The notes: generated by a model from the sequence alone, not told the origin. A stretch of 64,000 nt of DNA from Nitrosopumilus sp. (GCA_965204345.1 OZ241981.1:704001-768000), one strand, 5' to 3'; numbered from the stretch's first letter, positions 40,139 to 50,198 are shown. Made by a program: numbers and translations.

Positions 40139-40651
40139 ATGGTTATAATAGGAATTTTTCAAAGGAAACTCATGATATTCTCAGAACTAATTGAGGATCT
40201 GCAAAGTCAGTTGAAAAAAGATCTTGCACAGATTAGATTTCTCTTGGGTAAAAATCCAGCAATGGCATATACTAGAATTGTAGAAATTGGCAAGGAGGTA
40301 GGAAAAAAATACAATATCAAGCTGATTGTAAATTTTCCAAAACAGGGAAAGATTGAGGAATTTGAAATGTATGGAAAAAGGGATCTGAGCTTGATTATAG
40401 ACTATGATAAGAAAAGATTTCCAATAGATAGGGAGATTATCAAGCAAAAGGCAGCAGAGATGCTAGGAGATGTCAAGACAGAAGACGCATACATGTATGA
40501 AAACAAGGAGGGAGTAAGGGTCTTTACAAACGACTGGAAGATAGACATCCTGCCTCACTCTGTGCACATTTGGACTGACTTTGATGAGAAGGTTACAGAG
40601 TTTTCCAACTGGCTTTTGGAGAATGCATATGAGATGAAAAAGAAGGAATAG
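40139..40651 (+). CDS. Hypothetical protein
   Basis: 170-aa ORF; likely start at MIFSEL (40172). Confidence 0.75.
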   Translation: MVIIGIFQRKLMIFSELIEDLQSQLKKDLAQIRFLLGKNPAMAYTRIVEIGKEVGKKYNIKLIVNFPKQGKIEEFEMYGKRDLSLIIDYDKKRFPIDREIIKQKAAEMLGDVKTEDAYMYENKEGVRVFTNDWKIDILPHSVHIWTDFDEKVTEFSNWLLENAYEMKKKE

Positions 40652-40660
40652 TTTTAAGGA

Positions 40661-41023
40661 TTAAAGACTCTCAAGTTCTGCAAGCAGTTCTTGGGCTTCG
40701 GAATTTTTTGGATCAAGTCTTACAATACGGTTACAGCAGTCAATTGCCTCATCTTTTTGTTCCAAAGCTAGATGAACATTGGTCTTTAGAGTCAGTGTCT
40801 CAATGTCATCATTGTCTAACTCAAACGCCTTTTGAAAGTAAGGCAGCGCTCTTTTTGCATCATCTACAATAAAAAAAGCACTGCCCAAAATAAACATAAA
40901 ATCATGATCGTCTGAGTATTTGGATTCCAAACCAGTTCCAAATCTTATGGCCTCGTCATACTCTCCATCTTTGAGTAGTTTTTTGATGCGCCGTTTGGGA
41001 TGATTGAAGAGACCTACCATCAT
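40661..41023 (-). CDS. TPR-repeat protein
   Basis: A..YF.KA.ELD and EA..C....LDP.N.EA TPR signatures. Confidence 0.85.
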   Translation of the reverse strand: MMVGLFNHPKRRIKKLLKDGEYDEAIRFGTGLESKYSDDHDFMFILGSAFFIVDDAKRALPYFQKAFELDNDDIETLTLKTNVHLALEQKDEAIDCCNRIVRLDPKNSEAQELLAELESL

Positions 41024-41139
41024 TGTATCACAGTCACAGTATCAAATTACAACAATTTGAATGTAAAACAATTAGAATAAAACCATCATTTGTGTCAGGC
41101 ACCAGGTTTAGAATTACTAGTAATAAAAATGCCAATAGA

Positions 41140-42588
41140 CTATGGAACACTAATGATTCCTTCTTTTATGAGGAATTGGATTCCTTGGACAAAGTCAGTG
41201 TCACCTATTGTGCCATCTGCCCACCACCCTGCATTGGTCTTAACCCAACCAGGAATAGTGCCAGAACCAGATGAGGAGCCCTGTGCAGTTGGAGGAATTT
41301 CTATTATTCCTTTTTCTATGAGGAACTGGATTCCTTGGACAAAGTCAGTGTCACCTATTGTGCCATCTGCCCACCACCCTGCATTGGTCTTGATCCAGCC
41401 AGGGATTTTTTGGACTGAGACATTGCGATCAGGAGCAAAGATAGGGACAGTGAATTGCAAGAAATCAGGCTGGGATGGAACTATTCCTTGAGGAGCCAAG
41501 CCATAAACCCAAACTGCGTAATTTGCCATGCCAGGCTCTTCTTCTACAATCAAATCAAGAATAGCTTGTCCAGACGGTGAGTAAAGATAGTCACGGCCTT
41601 CTTCTGCTGCAACAGATCTTAGGGGCTTTAGATTATCATCAACAGTTAGAAAATCATATTGAACCTGGTTAAGAAATTCAGTATCATCAAATTTGCTAAT
41701 GAATTTAATTAAAAACTGTATTTCACATCCTTGGACAGGATCTTCAGGACCATAAAAGATATGAATTTGATATTCAAAATTGGTTGTTGGTTTTTTTATG
41801 CTGACTTCTTTTTCAAAATCAACATCACATCCTTTGGCAACTAGTGCATTTACTGTGGGAATGACATCATCAAATGGACTTTGTGAGACGTTCTCTTGGT
41901 AATCTAATAATGTAAATATGTACTCTGCTGGAGGTATGCCTTCTGAAACATGTGTGAAAGTGCGAGCTTTGATTGGAAATGGGAAATCATCAACAATCCA
42001 AACTTTACTTGCATATCCTCCAGTCTTCCAACCTACTTGAACAGTTTCCCAAGTTCCAGCAGGAACAGTGATTGTTTCAATTGCAACCGGAATAATTTGT
42101 TGTCCGCCAATGTTTCCAATTTTCCCCCATGATGCTGCTGAAAATTCTTTTGGACCTTTACCGCCGGAGCTGCCATCAGCAGTTGCAAATGCAGATAACC
42201 AAGCAATAGAGGATTTGAAAGCACTCCTATAGACGCCCAGGTTTTCAGTACCGCCAGTTGGTTCAGGAGCAATTTTTCCCAACTCTATTTCGCCCTTGAC
42301 AACTTTGTTACCATCATAAACAACAACTTCAGCTAGCCACTTTGTTTCACTGCCAACTTGTTTCTCACCCTTTATCCAAAAATCCATACCAAACTCAATA
42401 CATTCTTTATAATCTACATGACACATTGAATAGGAAAAAAAGTCATTCTTTTTGAGACCTTCACCGGCATACCAAGAACCTTCTTTATCAACACCGCCTG
42501 CTTCAATTTGTCCAAATGCAAGTAAAGGCAAAGACAGCCCTAAAACAAGTAGTGGAATAAGGGATAACAGTAATAGTTGTTGCTTCAA
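41140..42588 (-). CDS. Thaumarchaeal exported surface protein (tandem copy 1)
   Basis: Signal peptide, E.ITVPAGT motif, two C-terminal IPGW.KTNAGWWADG repeats. Confidence 0.85.
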   Translation of the reverse strand: MKQQLLLLSLIPLLVLGLSLPLLAFGQIEAGGVDKEGSWYAGEGLKKNDFFSYSMCHVDYKECIEFGMDFWIKGEKQVGSETKWLAEVVVYDGNKVVKGEIELGKIAPEPTGGTENLGVYRSAFKSSIAWLSAFATADGSSGGKGPKEFSAASWGKIGNIGGQQIIPVAIETITVPAGTWETVQVGWKTGGYASKVWIVDDFPFPIKARTFTHVSEGIPPAEYIFTLLDYQENVSQSPFDDVIPTVNALVAKGCDVDFEKEVSIKKPTTNFEYQIHIFYGPEDPVQGCEIQFLIKFISKFDDTEFLNQVQYDFLTVDDNLKPLRSVAAEEGRDYLYSPSGQAILDLIVEEEPGMANYAVWVYGLAPQGIVPSQPDFLQFTVPIFAPDRNVSVQKIPGWIKTNAGWWADGTIGDTDFVQGIQFLIEKGIIEIPPTAQGSSSGSGTIPGWVKTNAGWWADGTIGDTDFVQGIQFLIKEGIISVP

Positions 42589-42757
42589 ATCTAAAAAAAA
42601 TAGGCAAGACAGATAGTTAAACGTTTTTCAAAGATATAAAAAATGAGAAAAGTCACAGTATCAAATTACAACAATTTGAATGTAAAACAATTAGAATAAA
42701 ACCATCATTTGTGCAGGCACCAGGTTTAGAATTACTAGTAATAAAAATGCCAATAGA

Positions 42758-44212
42758 CTATGGAACACTAATGATTCCTTCTTTTATGAGGAATTGGATT
42801 CCTTGGACAAAGTCAGTGTCACCTATTGTGCCATCTGCCCACCATCCTGCGTTAGCCTTAACCCAACTAGGAATAGTGCCAGAACCAGATGAGGAGCCCT
42901 GTGCAGTTGGAGGAATTTGTATTATTCCTTCTGTTATCAGAAATTGGATTCCTTGGACAAAGTCAGTGTCACCTATTGTGCCATCTGCCCACCACCCCGC
43001 ATTGGTCTTGACCCAGCCAGGGATTTTTTGGACTGAGACATTGCCATCAGGAGCAAAGATAGGGACAGTGAATTGCAAGAAATCAGGCTGGGATGGAACT
43101 ATTCCTTTAGGAGCCAAGCCATAAACCCAAACTGCGTAATTTGCCATGTCGGGCTCTTCTTCTACGATCAAATCAAGAATAGCTTGTCCAGACGGTGAGT
43201 AAAGATAGTCACGACCTTCTTCTTGTGCAATAGATCTTAGGGGCTTTAGATTATCATCAACAGTTAGAAAATCATATTGAACTTGGGTAAGAAATTCAGT
43301 ATCATCAGATTTTTTGATGAACTTAATTAAAAATTGCATTTCACATCCTTGTACAGGATCTTCAGGACCATAAAAGATATGAATTTGATATTTAGAATAT
43401 TTTGTTAGTTTTTTAATGCCAACTTCTTTTTCAAAATCAACATCACACCCCTTGTCAATTAATACATTCTCTGTGGAAATGACATCATCAAATGGACTTT
43501 GTGAGACGTTCTCTTTATAATCTAATAATGTAAATATGTATTCTGGTGGAGGTATGCCTTCTGAAACATGTGTGAAAGTGTGAGCTTTAATTGGAAATGG
43601 GAAATCATCAAGAATCCAGACTTTACTTGCCTCTCCCCCAGTCTTCCAACCTATTTGAACAGTTTCCCAAGTTCCAGCAGGAACAGTGATTGTTTCAATC
43701 GCAGTCGGAATAATTTGTTCTCCACCAATGTTTGCAATTTTCCCCCATGATACTGCTTTGAATTCTTTTGGTCCTTTACCGCCAGGGCCATCATAAGAAG
43801 TTGCAAATGCAGATAACCAACCAATGGAGGATTTGAAAGCACCCCTATAGACGCCCAAGTTTTCAGTACCGCCAGTTGGCTCAGTAATAATTTTTCCCAA
43901 CTCCATTTCACCCTTGACAACTTTGTAACCATCATAAACAACAACTTCAACTATCCACTTTGCTTTATTCCCAACTTGTTTCTCATCTTTTATCCAAAAA
44001 TCCATACCAAACTCAACACATTCTTTATGATCTACATGACACATCGAATAGGAAAAATAGTCATTCTTTTTGAGACCTTCACCTACATACCAAGAACCAT
44101 CTTTAGGAACACCGCCTGATTGGAATTGTCCAAATGCAAGTGAAGGCAAAGACAGCCCTAAAACAAGTAGTGGAATAAGGGATAACAATAATAGCTGTTG
44201 TTGGTGCTTCAA
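42758..44212 (-). CDS. Thaumarchaeal exported surface protein (tandem copy 2)
   Basis: Collinear paralog of 41140-42588. Confidence 0.85.
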   Translation of the reverse strand: MKHQQQLLLLSLIPLLVLGLSLPSLAFGQFQSGGVPKDGSWYVGEGLKKNDYFSYSMCHVDHKECVEFGMDFWIKDEKQVGNKAKWIVEVVVYDGYKVVKGEMELGKIITEPTGGTENLGVYRGAFKSSIGWLSAFATSYDGPGGKGPKEFKAVSWGKIANIGGEQIIPTAIETITVPAGTWETVQIGWKTGGEASKVWILDDFPFPIKAHTFTHVSEGIPPPEYIFTLLDYKENVSQSPFDDVISTENVLIDKGCDVDFEKEVGIKKLTKYSKYQIHIFYGPEDPVQGCEMQFLIKFIKKSDDTEFLTQVQYDFLTVDDNLKPLRSIAQEEGRDYLYSPSGQAILDLIVEEEPDMANYAVWVYGLAPKGIVPSQPDFLQFTVPIFAPDGNVSVQKIPGWVKTNAGWWADGTIGDTDFVQGIQFLITEGIIQIPPTAQGSSSGSGTIPSWVKANAGWWADGTIGDTDFVQGIQFLIKEGIISVP

Positions 44213-44337
44213 ATCTAAAAAAAATAGGCAAAACAGATAGTTAAACGTTTTTTAAAGATGTAAAAAATGAGAAAAATAGGTACAAAGTACCTTTTCAAAT
44301 AAGCAAATATAGAGGAATAAGTGGAGAAATTCCAGAA

Positions 44338-44505
44338 ATGTGCGAATGTTCAAAAGTTCACTTGTTTGAAGTAGAATTCAAATTAGATGGAATGACAGTA
44401 GTTCCTACTCATAAAAATTGCGGATTTGCACTAGATGAAAAACAGGCAGAAAAGTTCCAAAAGGAGCTAGTAAAATCATGGGGCTTTGAAGAGGAAGAGG
44501 AATAA
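44338..44505 (+). CDS. 55-aa Cys/His microprotein
   Basis: MCECSKVHLFEVEFKLDGMTVVPTHKNCGFALDEKQAEKFQKELVKSWGFEEEEE*. Confidence 0.7.
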   Translation: MCECSKVHLFEVEFKLDGMTVVPTHKNCGFALDEKQAEKFQKELVKSWGFEEEEE

Positions 44506-44552
44506 TAATAATAATTAAAAAATAAAAAGTAAGTTATTGGAATTTTATCCAA

Positions 44553-44696
44553 TTACATATCTTTAGTTGCTTCTTTACAAACGTCGGTATTACATTTGCA
44601 ATCAGAGCTGCAAATACAATGACCTTGCATTGCACAATCACATGAATAATCTGGATCGCCGCTGTCAGCTTCGCATCCACATGCTTGATCTACCAT
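44553..44696 (-). CDS. Metallothionein-like 47-aa protein
   Basis: MVDQACGCEADSGDPDYSCDCAMQGHCICSSDCKCNTDVCKEATKDM*, 9 Cys with four CxC pairs. Confidence 0.7.
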   Translation of the reverse strand: MVDQACGCEADSGDPDYSCDCAMQGHCICSSDCKCNTDVCKEATKDM

Positions 44697-44748
44697 GGTA
44701 GTCAATGATTTTACTTGTTTTAAAAGGTTAGCACAGATACGTCAAATA

Positions 44749-45633
44749 TTACGCACTTGAAAGAATCCCAAGAATATCACTGCAGGACTGCTGTATGAGA
44801 TCAGAGTGTTCTAAAAGAAGGTTAGAGTCAGCCTCAACATCAAATGCGATTTTTAGAATATGAAAGAGATCCTCCTCCCCATGTAGGGTATCCCTAATTT
44901 TTATAAAATTTTCCTTGTTGAGATATCCCAAGTAAAAATAACAGTCAGAGATCATGGAGTTTTTTACAAAATAGTCATGCTGCAATTCAATGATTTCAGA
45001 GCGGTTATTTTTTTCCACCAAATCTGAGAAACCAACGGTGGATTTTAGCATGCGCTCAAGCAGCGTTGGGGTGGCACGTTCAATTCCAACGACCTGAGTT
45101 ATGGTGGAAATATGCTCATTGACTGGATTTTTATCAAATCTGCGTAATAAATCCAGCATGTGTGAAGAACTAGAACGCCTGAGATTAATCGAGGAAATGG
45201 CATCAGCCAAATAAAAAATCGCACATTTTTGCCAGCAGGGCGCAAATACATTGGAGCATTCAAGGGCATCCCTAGTTTTTTGACAGCAGAATTGGGATTC
45301 TATTAAACAGTTTTTTGCAAAATCGGCAAATAACGAGGATTGTCTTTCATTAATTTTAGAAAGCAGCATCTTCAAATCCCAAGACTCATCCTCAATGACT
45401 TGCATGTTATGAAATTGCAAAAGCTTCTCAGAACTAGTTTCAGACAAGGAGGCATGATGAACCCTTACAAAGTCGTTACCGGATTTGAAAATTGTGTCAG
45501 ATTCTTTTTTCTCATCAAATACGAATAGATCATAGTCACACGAGCTAAAAAACGAATCAGAGGCTCTGCACCCACCCAAACCGACAGGAAAGGAACAAAA
45601 GTCATTTTCTTTGATGAAATTTTTGATATCCAC
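44749..45633 (-). CDS. Hypothetical protein with a nucleotidyltransferase-like N-terminus
   Basis: GLGGC.....CDYDLFVF motif followed by a helical domain. Confidence 0.65.
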   Translation of the reverse strand: MDIKNFIKENDFCSFPVGLGGCRASDSFFSSCDYDLFVFDEKKESDTIFKSGNDFVRVHHASLSETSSEKLLQFHNMQVIEDESWDLKMLLSKINERQSSLFADFAKNCLIESQFCCQKTRDALECSNVFAPCWQKCAIFYLADAISSINLRRSSSSHMLDLLRRFDKNPVNEHISTITQVVGIERATPTLLERMLKSTVGFSDLVEKNNRSEIIELQHDYFVKNSMISDCYFYLGYLNKENFIKIRDTLHGEEDLFHILKIAFDVEADSNLLLEHSDLIQQSCSDILGILSSA

Positions 45634-45742
45634 ACATCACATGCCAAGGGTTTTTCTATAAAGGAACAAAGTCATAAAAATTTACAAGTTCATAAAGTCA
45701 AAGCATTTCCTTTAAATTAAGATTACATTTATTTTTCATCAA

Positions 45743-45817
45743 GCTCCTATAGTGTAGTCCGGTTAAGCATTTTGGCTTCTCAAGCCAAAGACTCGGGTTC
45801 AAATCCCGATGGGAGCA
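45743..45817 (+). tRNA. tRNA-Glu (CTC)
   Basis: Acceptor GCTCCTA/TGGGAGC, anticodon arm TTGGC-TTCTCAA-GCCAA, T-arm GGGTTCAAATCCC. Confidence 0.96.
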
Positions 45818-46045
45818 TTGCATATTTGATCTAATGCTAGGCATTGCCACATTTTAAAACAGCAAACTTTAGGCAAGAGACAAGGCAAAACCAAACCATG
45901 GCATCATTTCAAAAAGATATGGCCTAAAACCCCGAGCTAATCTGAATCACACATGTTTTTAAGATAACTGATAAAACCATGATTGCCCTTGTTTTTCAAA
46001 ACGGCACAGTTGTTTCTTTAAATAACAAAATTATGACGGGTTATT

Positions 46046-46702
46046 ATGAACCTAAGAGAAATCCAATTAAAAGAAGAGTACCGCTCAGACAGGGACGATA
46101 TTGTAACAGAGTTCTTTTTTCCTTGTTTGAGTAACTGTATAGAATATGACAGATGTGTGGATTTTTTATCGATTCAGACACTGGCCACAATATCCATAGC
46201 GTTTGAGAACTTTACAGAAGGCAAGGCAAAACTACGAATGATTACGGGACACCGATTCAAGACCGGCGATCTGGACTTGCTTACAAAATTATTTTCTGAG
46301 AAATTTACAGGGTCATTGGAGGGCAAGCTGATCAAGGATGCCAAAATTCAAAAGCTCCAGAGAATTGTAAATAACGGGCAGATAGAATTAAAGATTGCAA
46401 TCCCAAATTCAGAGCAGGTTGCAGATTCATTTTCAGAAAGAATTGGAATATTCAGGGATGGCAATGATCAAATAGTGGCATTTACAGGAACGTCAAGGGA
46501 ATCGTTTTCGACTCAGACCAGGGACTTTGAATCCGTGGATGTGTTTACATCATGGAATGACAAATCAAGAGTGGATAGAAAAATGAAGGATTTTGAGGAC
46601 CTGTGGGAGAACAAAACAAAGTACGTTCAGGTATATGATTTTATGGAGGCAGAAAAAAACAGCCTCTTAAAGTATTCATCAGAGTGGATTCTGCAAGACT
46701 AG
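46046..46702 (+). CDS. Stand-alone PLD-like domain related to the N-terminus of SF2 helicases; HKD motif degenerate
   Basis: Y.S...DIV.EFF.P.L, IELKIA, FSERIGIF.D (cf. FHEKIGIF), NFES-like DFES.DVF.SW, FEDLW. Confidence 0.75.
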   Translation: MNLREIQLKEEYRSDRDDIVTEFFFPCLSNCIEYDRCVDFLSIQTLATISIAFENFTEGKAKLRMITGHRFKTGDLDLLTKLFSEKFTGSLEGKLIKDAKIQKLQRIVNNGQIELKIAIPNSEQVADSFSERIGIFRDGNDQIVAFTGTSRESFSTQTRDFESVDVFTSWNDKSRVDRKMKDFEDLWENKTKYVQVYDFMEAEKNSLLKYSSEWILQD

Positions 46703-47262
46703 AACTGAAACGATTCTTCTACTCTAGACTTGTTTTCATAAAAGTTCATTCGGTTAATTTTATAATAAATTACTTCGCCACGGCGCTCTATTACTGCAAT
46801 TATGGATTCCTTGCCCATTTGAGTAATTTCTTCAATCTTTTTTTGAAGGGTTCCCATTTTTTCCTGCTTGCCCTCATTTAGGCCAAAAATGAGGAACTTG
46901 GCACCCTTTTCTCCATAGTGTCCTCGCTCATAAACTCGAAAATCAGATCCAAATCCAAATCCGTCCTTTACAACATAGCCCCTATTGCGCAAGTCACGGT
47001 ATATCAGAAATTTGGCAAGTATTTCAGAATCAGACTTTTGACAGAATCCGATAAAAAAATCAAAATCAATCTGTCTTTTGTTCTTTTTTAGGATTAATCT
47101 CCCAGTGTATAGCAGATAGAGGGTCTCAAAAGATTTTAAAAATAATTTCTCATTTTCAATCTCCCCAAATCCCTTTTGATCAAGCTCGTGAATCATCGTC
47201 CTATCAGATATGCAGGCTTGATCTGAGATCAGCTCGCCTCTCACAATGGGGGTTTCTTCCAT
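46699..47262 (-). CDS. endA: tRNA-intron endonuclease subunit
   Basis: IYRDLRNRGYVVKDGFGFGSDFRVY. Confidence 0.9.
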   Translation of the reverse strand: MEETPIVRGELISDQACISDRTMIHELDQKGFGEIENEKLFLKSFETLYLLYTGRLILKKNKRQIDFDFFIGFCQKSDSEILAKFLIYRDLRNRGYVVKDGFGFGSDFRVYERGHYGEKGAKFLIFGLNEGKQEKMGTLQKKIEEITQMGKESIIAVIERRGEVIYYKINRMNFYENKSRVEESFQF

Positions 47263-47352
47263 AACAAGAGGGGATTTGATGAATTTCAATATAAGCATTG
47301 GAGAGACATGGATGGCTAACCGTTAAAATATGGGCATTCCTGCTTGAAGATT

Positions 47353-47862
47353 ATGCACGGTGCAAATTATAGGGATGGAACAGGCCAGGTATTCACACGA
47401 AAAGAGTACATCAAAGGCAAGCCGCAAATCAAGATTGCAAAATTTCAAGGCGGCAAAAGGGGGACATACCAGCACTGTGTCCAGCTGTTGCTAAATGAAA
47501 AAATACAGATTAGACACATGGCAATTGAATCAACTAGGCTCGCAGCAAACAAGACACTGGAAAAAACAACGGGGGAAACGGGCTATTATTCAAGATTACG
47601 GATTTATCCGCACAATCTTCTCAGGGAAAACAAGCAGATTGCTACTGCAGGTGCAGACAGGGTCTCAGAAGGAATGAGAAGATCATGGGGAAAGGCAGTC
47701 AGTCTGGCTGCCAGGGTAAGACAGGGCCAGTGCATAATGGAATTATACGTCAATGGCGATGCCCACTTGGAGGCAGCAAAGAAGGCACTGCAGGGCGCAT
47801 GTGTAAAACTGCCAGGCACCCCGTTGATCAAAGTAATAGAGTGGAACAAATTATCACCATAG
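47353..47862 (+). CDS. rpl10e: 50S ribosomal protein L10e/uL16
   Basis: QIRHMAIES.R.AAN, YPH..LRENK, AGADR.SEGMR.SWGK. Confidence 0.96.
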   Translation: MHGANYRDGTGQVFTRKEYIKGKPQIKIAKFQGGKRGTYQHCVQLLLNEKIQIRHMAIESTRLAANKTLEKTTGETGYYSRLRIYPHNLLRENKQIATAGADRVSEGMRRSWGKAVSLAARVRQGQCIMELYVNGDAHLEAAKKALQGACVKLPGTPLIKVIEWNKLSP

Positions 47863-48117
47863 AGAGTCCAAGTCAGGTTTTTTGTTTTGGATAAACTCTA
47901 AAAATTCTTCAAACTCTGATAAAGTAGGTTCCCGGTCTAGAATTCTTTTGGACTGGTAGTAAAATGCATTGTAGACTCTTCCCACGACAATTCCCAGAGC
48001 AAAGGATTTTGAACTATCAACGCTTGAGAGAAGCTGCACTAGCTCTTTAATCTCGTCTTTGTTGGAGATGATATCTTGGATTTTTTGGTCTAGTTTTTTT
48101 AGAAGGATTTCATCCAT
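47854..48117 (-). CDS. Small hypothetical protein
   Basis: 87 aa; GRVYNAFYYQSKRIL.R.PT..EF.EF motif of a thaumarchaeal-type family. Confidence 0.75.
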   Translation of the reverse strand: MDEILLKKLDQKIQDIISNKDEIKELVQLLSSVDSSKSFALGIVVGRVYNAFYYQSKRILDREPTLSEFEEFLEFIQNKKPDLDSLW

Positions 48118-48180
48118 AGGATATCTTGACGGAAATAGTTAAAAACAGTTTAATATCCAAATCCATCCCTTAGGATTGTT

Positions 48181-48257
48181 GCAGTTATAGTATAGTCTGG
48201 TTAGTACTCGTGCTTGCCAAGTACGTGACCCGGGTTCAAATCCCGGTAACTGCACCA
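48181..48257 (+). tRNA. tRNA-Gly (GCC), CCA encoded
   Basis: Acceptor GCAGTTA/TAACTGC, anticodon arm CGTGC-TTGCCAA-GTACG, T-arm CCGGGTTCAAATCCCGG, 3' ACCA. Confidence 0.96.
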
Positions 48258-48258
48258 C

Positions 48259-48684
48259 CTAGTTCTTGGGATCTAGTGCATCCTGAATTATTTCCAAGGC
48301 ATCATGAGCTTTTTCCGGACGCGGTAACTGAATCATAAATACGTTATCCTTGCCATAGTTGGACTTTGGGGAGGCAAGTGCAAGCATGGATGTTTTTGCA
48401 AGGGACTCAAAGAATGCAAGATCAGTCCTTGCATTAACTAGGAACTTTTCAACAATGTCACACTTTGAGAAAGTCAAAACTATCTCAACAAAAGCATTTC
48501 CCAGGCCGTCCTGCAAGATATTCAAGTCAGTGCTAATTGATGAGGCCTGCCCTGCAAGCTTTGATAGTATTTGATCATATGCCTTCTCATCTAGCTCTAT
48601 GCAGGGAGTCTCTTTTCCATCAAAATCAAAAGTAGTAATCCCGCCATGCACTTTGTCTAATAATTTCTGGAGCTCATCAGACAT
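48259..48684 (-). CDS. Hypothetical protein
   Basis: 141-aa ORF coupled to the antiporter. Confidence 0.75.
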   Translation of the reverse strand: MSDELQKLLDKVHGGITTFDFDGKETPCIELDEKAYDQILSKLAGQASSISTDLNILQDGLGNAFVEIVLTFSKCDIVEKFLVNARTDLAFFESLAKTSMLALASPKSNYGKDNVFMIQLPRPEKAHDALEIIQDALDPKN

Positions 48685-50005
48685 TTTCTTTATCTTCCAA
48701 GGCAGGTATGATTTTGTCGCCTGCCTTTAGCAAAAATGGAGAGATAAACGCAGTAATGATTGAGATTATTCCTATCAGGGGGAACAGGAAGGCACTGACT
48801 GCGCCAATATCGACACCGACCTTTACAATAACAATGGAGAATTCGCCTCTTGGTGCGGCCAAAGTAAACGCAGAGCGCAGTGCCTTGCCACGTCGCTGTC
48901 TAAAGATCAGATTCCCAATCATGTTACCGCCAAATTTCATTCCGGTAGCAACGGCAATCAGAGCTAGGGCAACAAGAATATAGTTTTCAAGCTGGGAGAC
49001 ATCCATTAGCGCGCCAACTGAGATAAAGAAGATGGCTACAAACATGTCTTTGATGGGGCTGGAGAGCAGTTTTGCTACCTCAGCGGATTTGGATTCTGCT
49101 ACAAGTACGCCGGCTAAAAACGCGCCTATTGCAACTGAGAGTCCAACGATATTTGCCAGTAGCGAGTAGCCAAAACAGACGCCAAGAACACTGAGTAGCA
49201 AAATTTCACGGTTCTCAGCAGATGCAACCCTGTCAATGAGGGGGGGAATTACGCGGGTCCCCACAGTAAATGTTCCGACAATAAGGCCGGTTGCAACCAG
49301 CACGACTACAATGATTGATTCAACAGATACGGTTCCAACTAGGGCAATAGACTGTAACGAGGAGATCAGGATAACGGCAATTACGTCTTCTACAATCAGG
49401 ATACCAAGAACCAAAATGGAGGATTCCTTTTTGATCCTTCCCATCTCTTCTAAGAGTTTGACAATTATTGCAGTACTGGATATAGACAATGCCGCAGAAA
49501 TAAATAATGCGTCCATAAACTCTAACCCAAGCGCACTAGATGCATAGAACAAGACGCCCAAGCTGGAAAACAGGCCAATGGTTCCTACCCCAATTGCCAC
49601 ACGCCCAATACTCTTAATTTTTGCGTATGGAAACTCTATTCCGATTACAAAGAGAAGTAAAATAACACCAATCTCTGCAAAAAGATTCAATGCAGAAATG
49701 TCAGACAAGATTCCAACGCCTTCCAAGACGTCTATGGATGGGCCGCCGCTAGGCAAAACCCAGGACCAAAGAGGGGAAAGAGGCCCTATTAGCATTCCGG
49801 CAAAGAGGTAGCCTATGATCAGCGGCTGTTTTATCTTAAAGAAAGCAAGGGTGACAACTGCACCAATAATCATAATAAATGCCAGATCAGTAATAAAGCT
49901 AGTATGGGGCAGCTCAGGGGTAATTTGCTCAATCAGACTGCTCACAGTGCTGTTAAGAGAACTCTGAATTCCGCTTGAATCCAGCTGAAGTGAAATGTTT
50001 TGCAT
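48677..50005 (-). CDS. CPA2 cation:proton antiporter (KefB-like TM domain)
   Basis: KQPLIIGY, AEIGVILLLF.IGIE, SSTAII, EDVI, GAFLAG, PRGEFS. Confidence 0.93.
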   Translation of the reverse strand: MQNISLQLDSSGIQSSLNSTVSSLIEQITPELPHTSFITDLAFIMIIGAVVTLAFFKIKQPLIIGYLFAGMLIGPLSPLWSWVLPSGGPSIDVLEGVGILSDISALNLFAEIGVILLLFVIGIEFPYAKIKSIGRVAIGVGTIGLFSSLGVLFYASSALGLEFMDALFISAALSISSTAIIVKLLEEMGRIKKESSILVLGILIVEDVIAVILISSLQSIALVGTVSVESIIVVVLVATGLIVGTFTVGTRVIPPLIDRVASAENREILLLSVLGVCFGYSLLANIVGLSVAIGAFLAGVLVAESKSAEVAKLLSSPIKDMFVAIFFISVGALMDVSQLENYILVALALIAVATGMKFGGNMIGNLIFRQRRGKALRSAFTLAAPRGEFSIVIVKVGVDIGAVSAFLFPLIGIISIITAFISPFLLKAGDKIIPALEDKENV

Positions 50006-50129
50006 GCTATCACTTAGTAAATTTGTTTAAAAACGATATGCATGATAAATTTCAAAGAAAAGCAACAAATTGCAGCAAGCCCAAGGATTTTTAAAATCTT
50101 TAACCCCCTTGTGCCTAAACAAGTAGTCC

Positions 50130-50198
50130 ATGTGTAGAATGATGAGGAGGTCATCTGAACATAATGAGGAGATATGACCTGGGGTATCTGACTGCATA
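50130..50198 (+). ncRNA. C/D-box-like small RNA
   Basis: Box C ATGATGA 50139, D' CTGA 50155, C' ATGAGGA 50164, D CTGA 50188; terminal stem ATGTGTAG/CTGCATAT. Confidence 0.7.

Larger units (their letters stand above)
41032..44274. repeat. Tandem segmental duplication of ~1.62 kb
   Basis: Unit 1 is 41032-42650 and unit 2 is 42651-44274; both start AGTCACAGTATCAAATTAC and end AAAAATGAGAAA. Confidence 0.92.

Noticed and set aside
45743-48257. tRNAs as integration sites for the island
   Set aside because: No duplicated tRNA 3' end or integrase seen in the window
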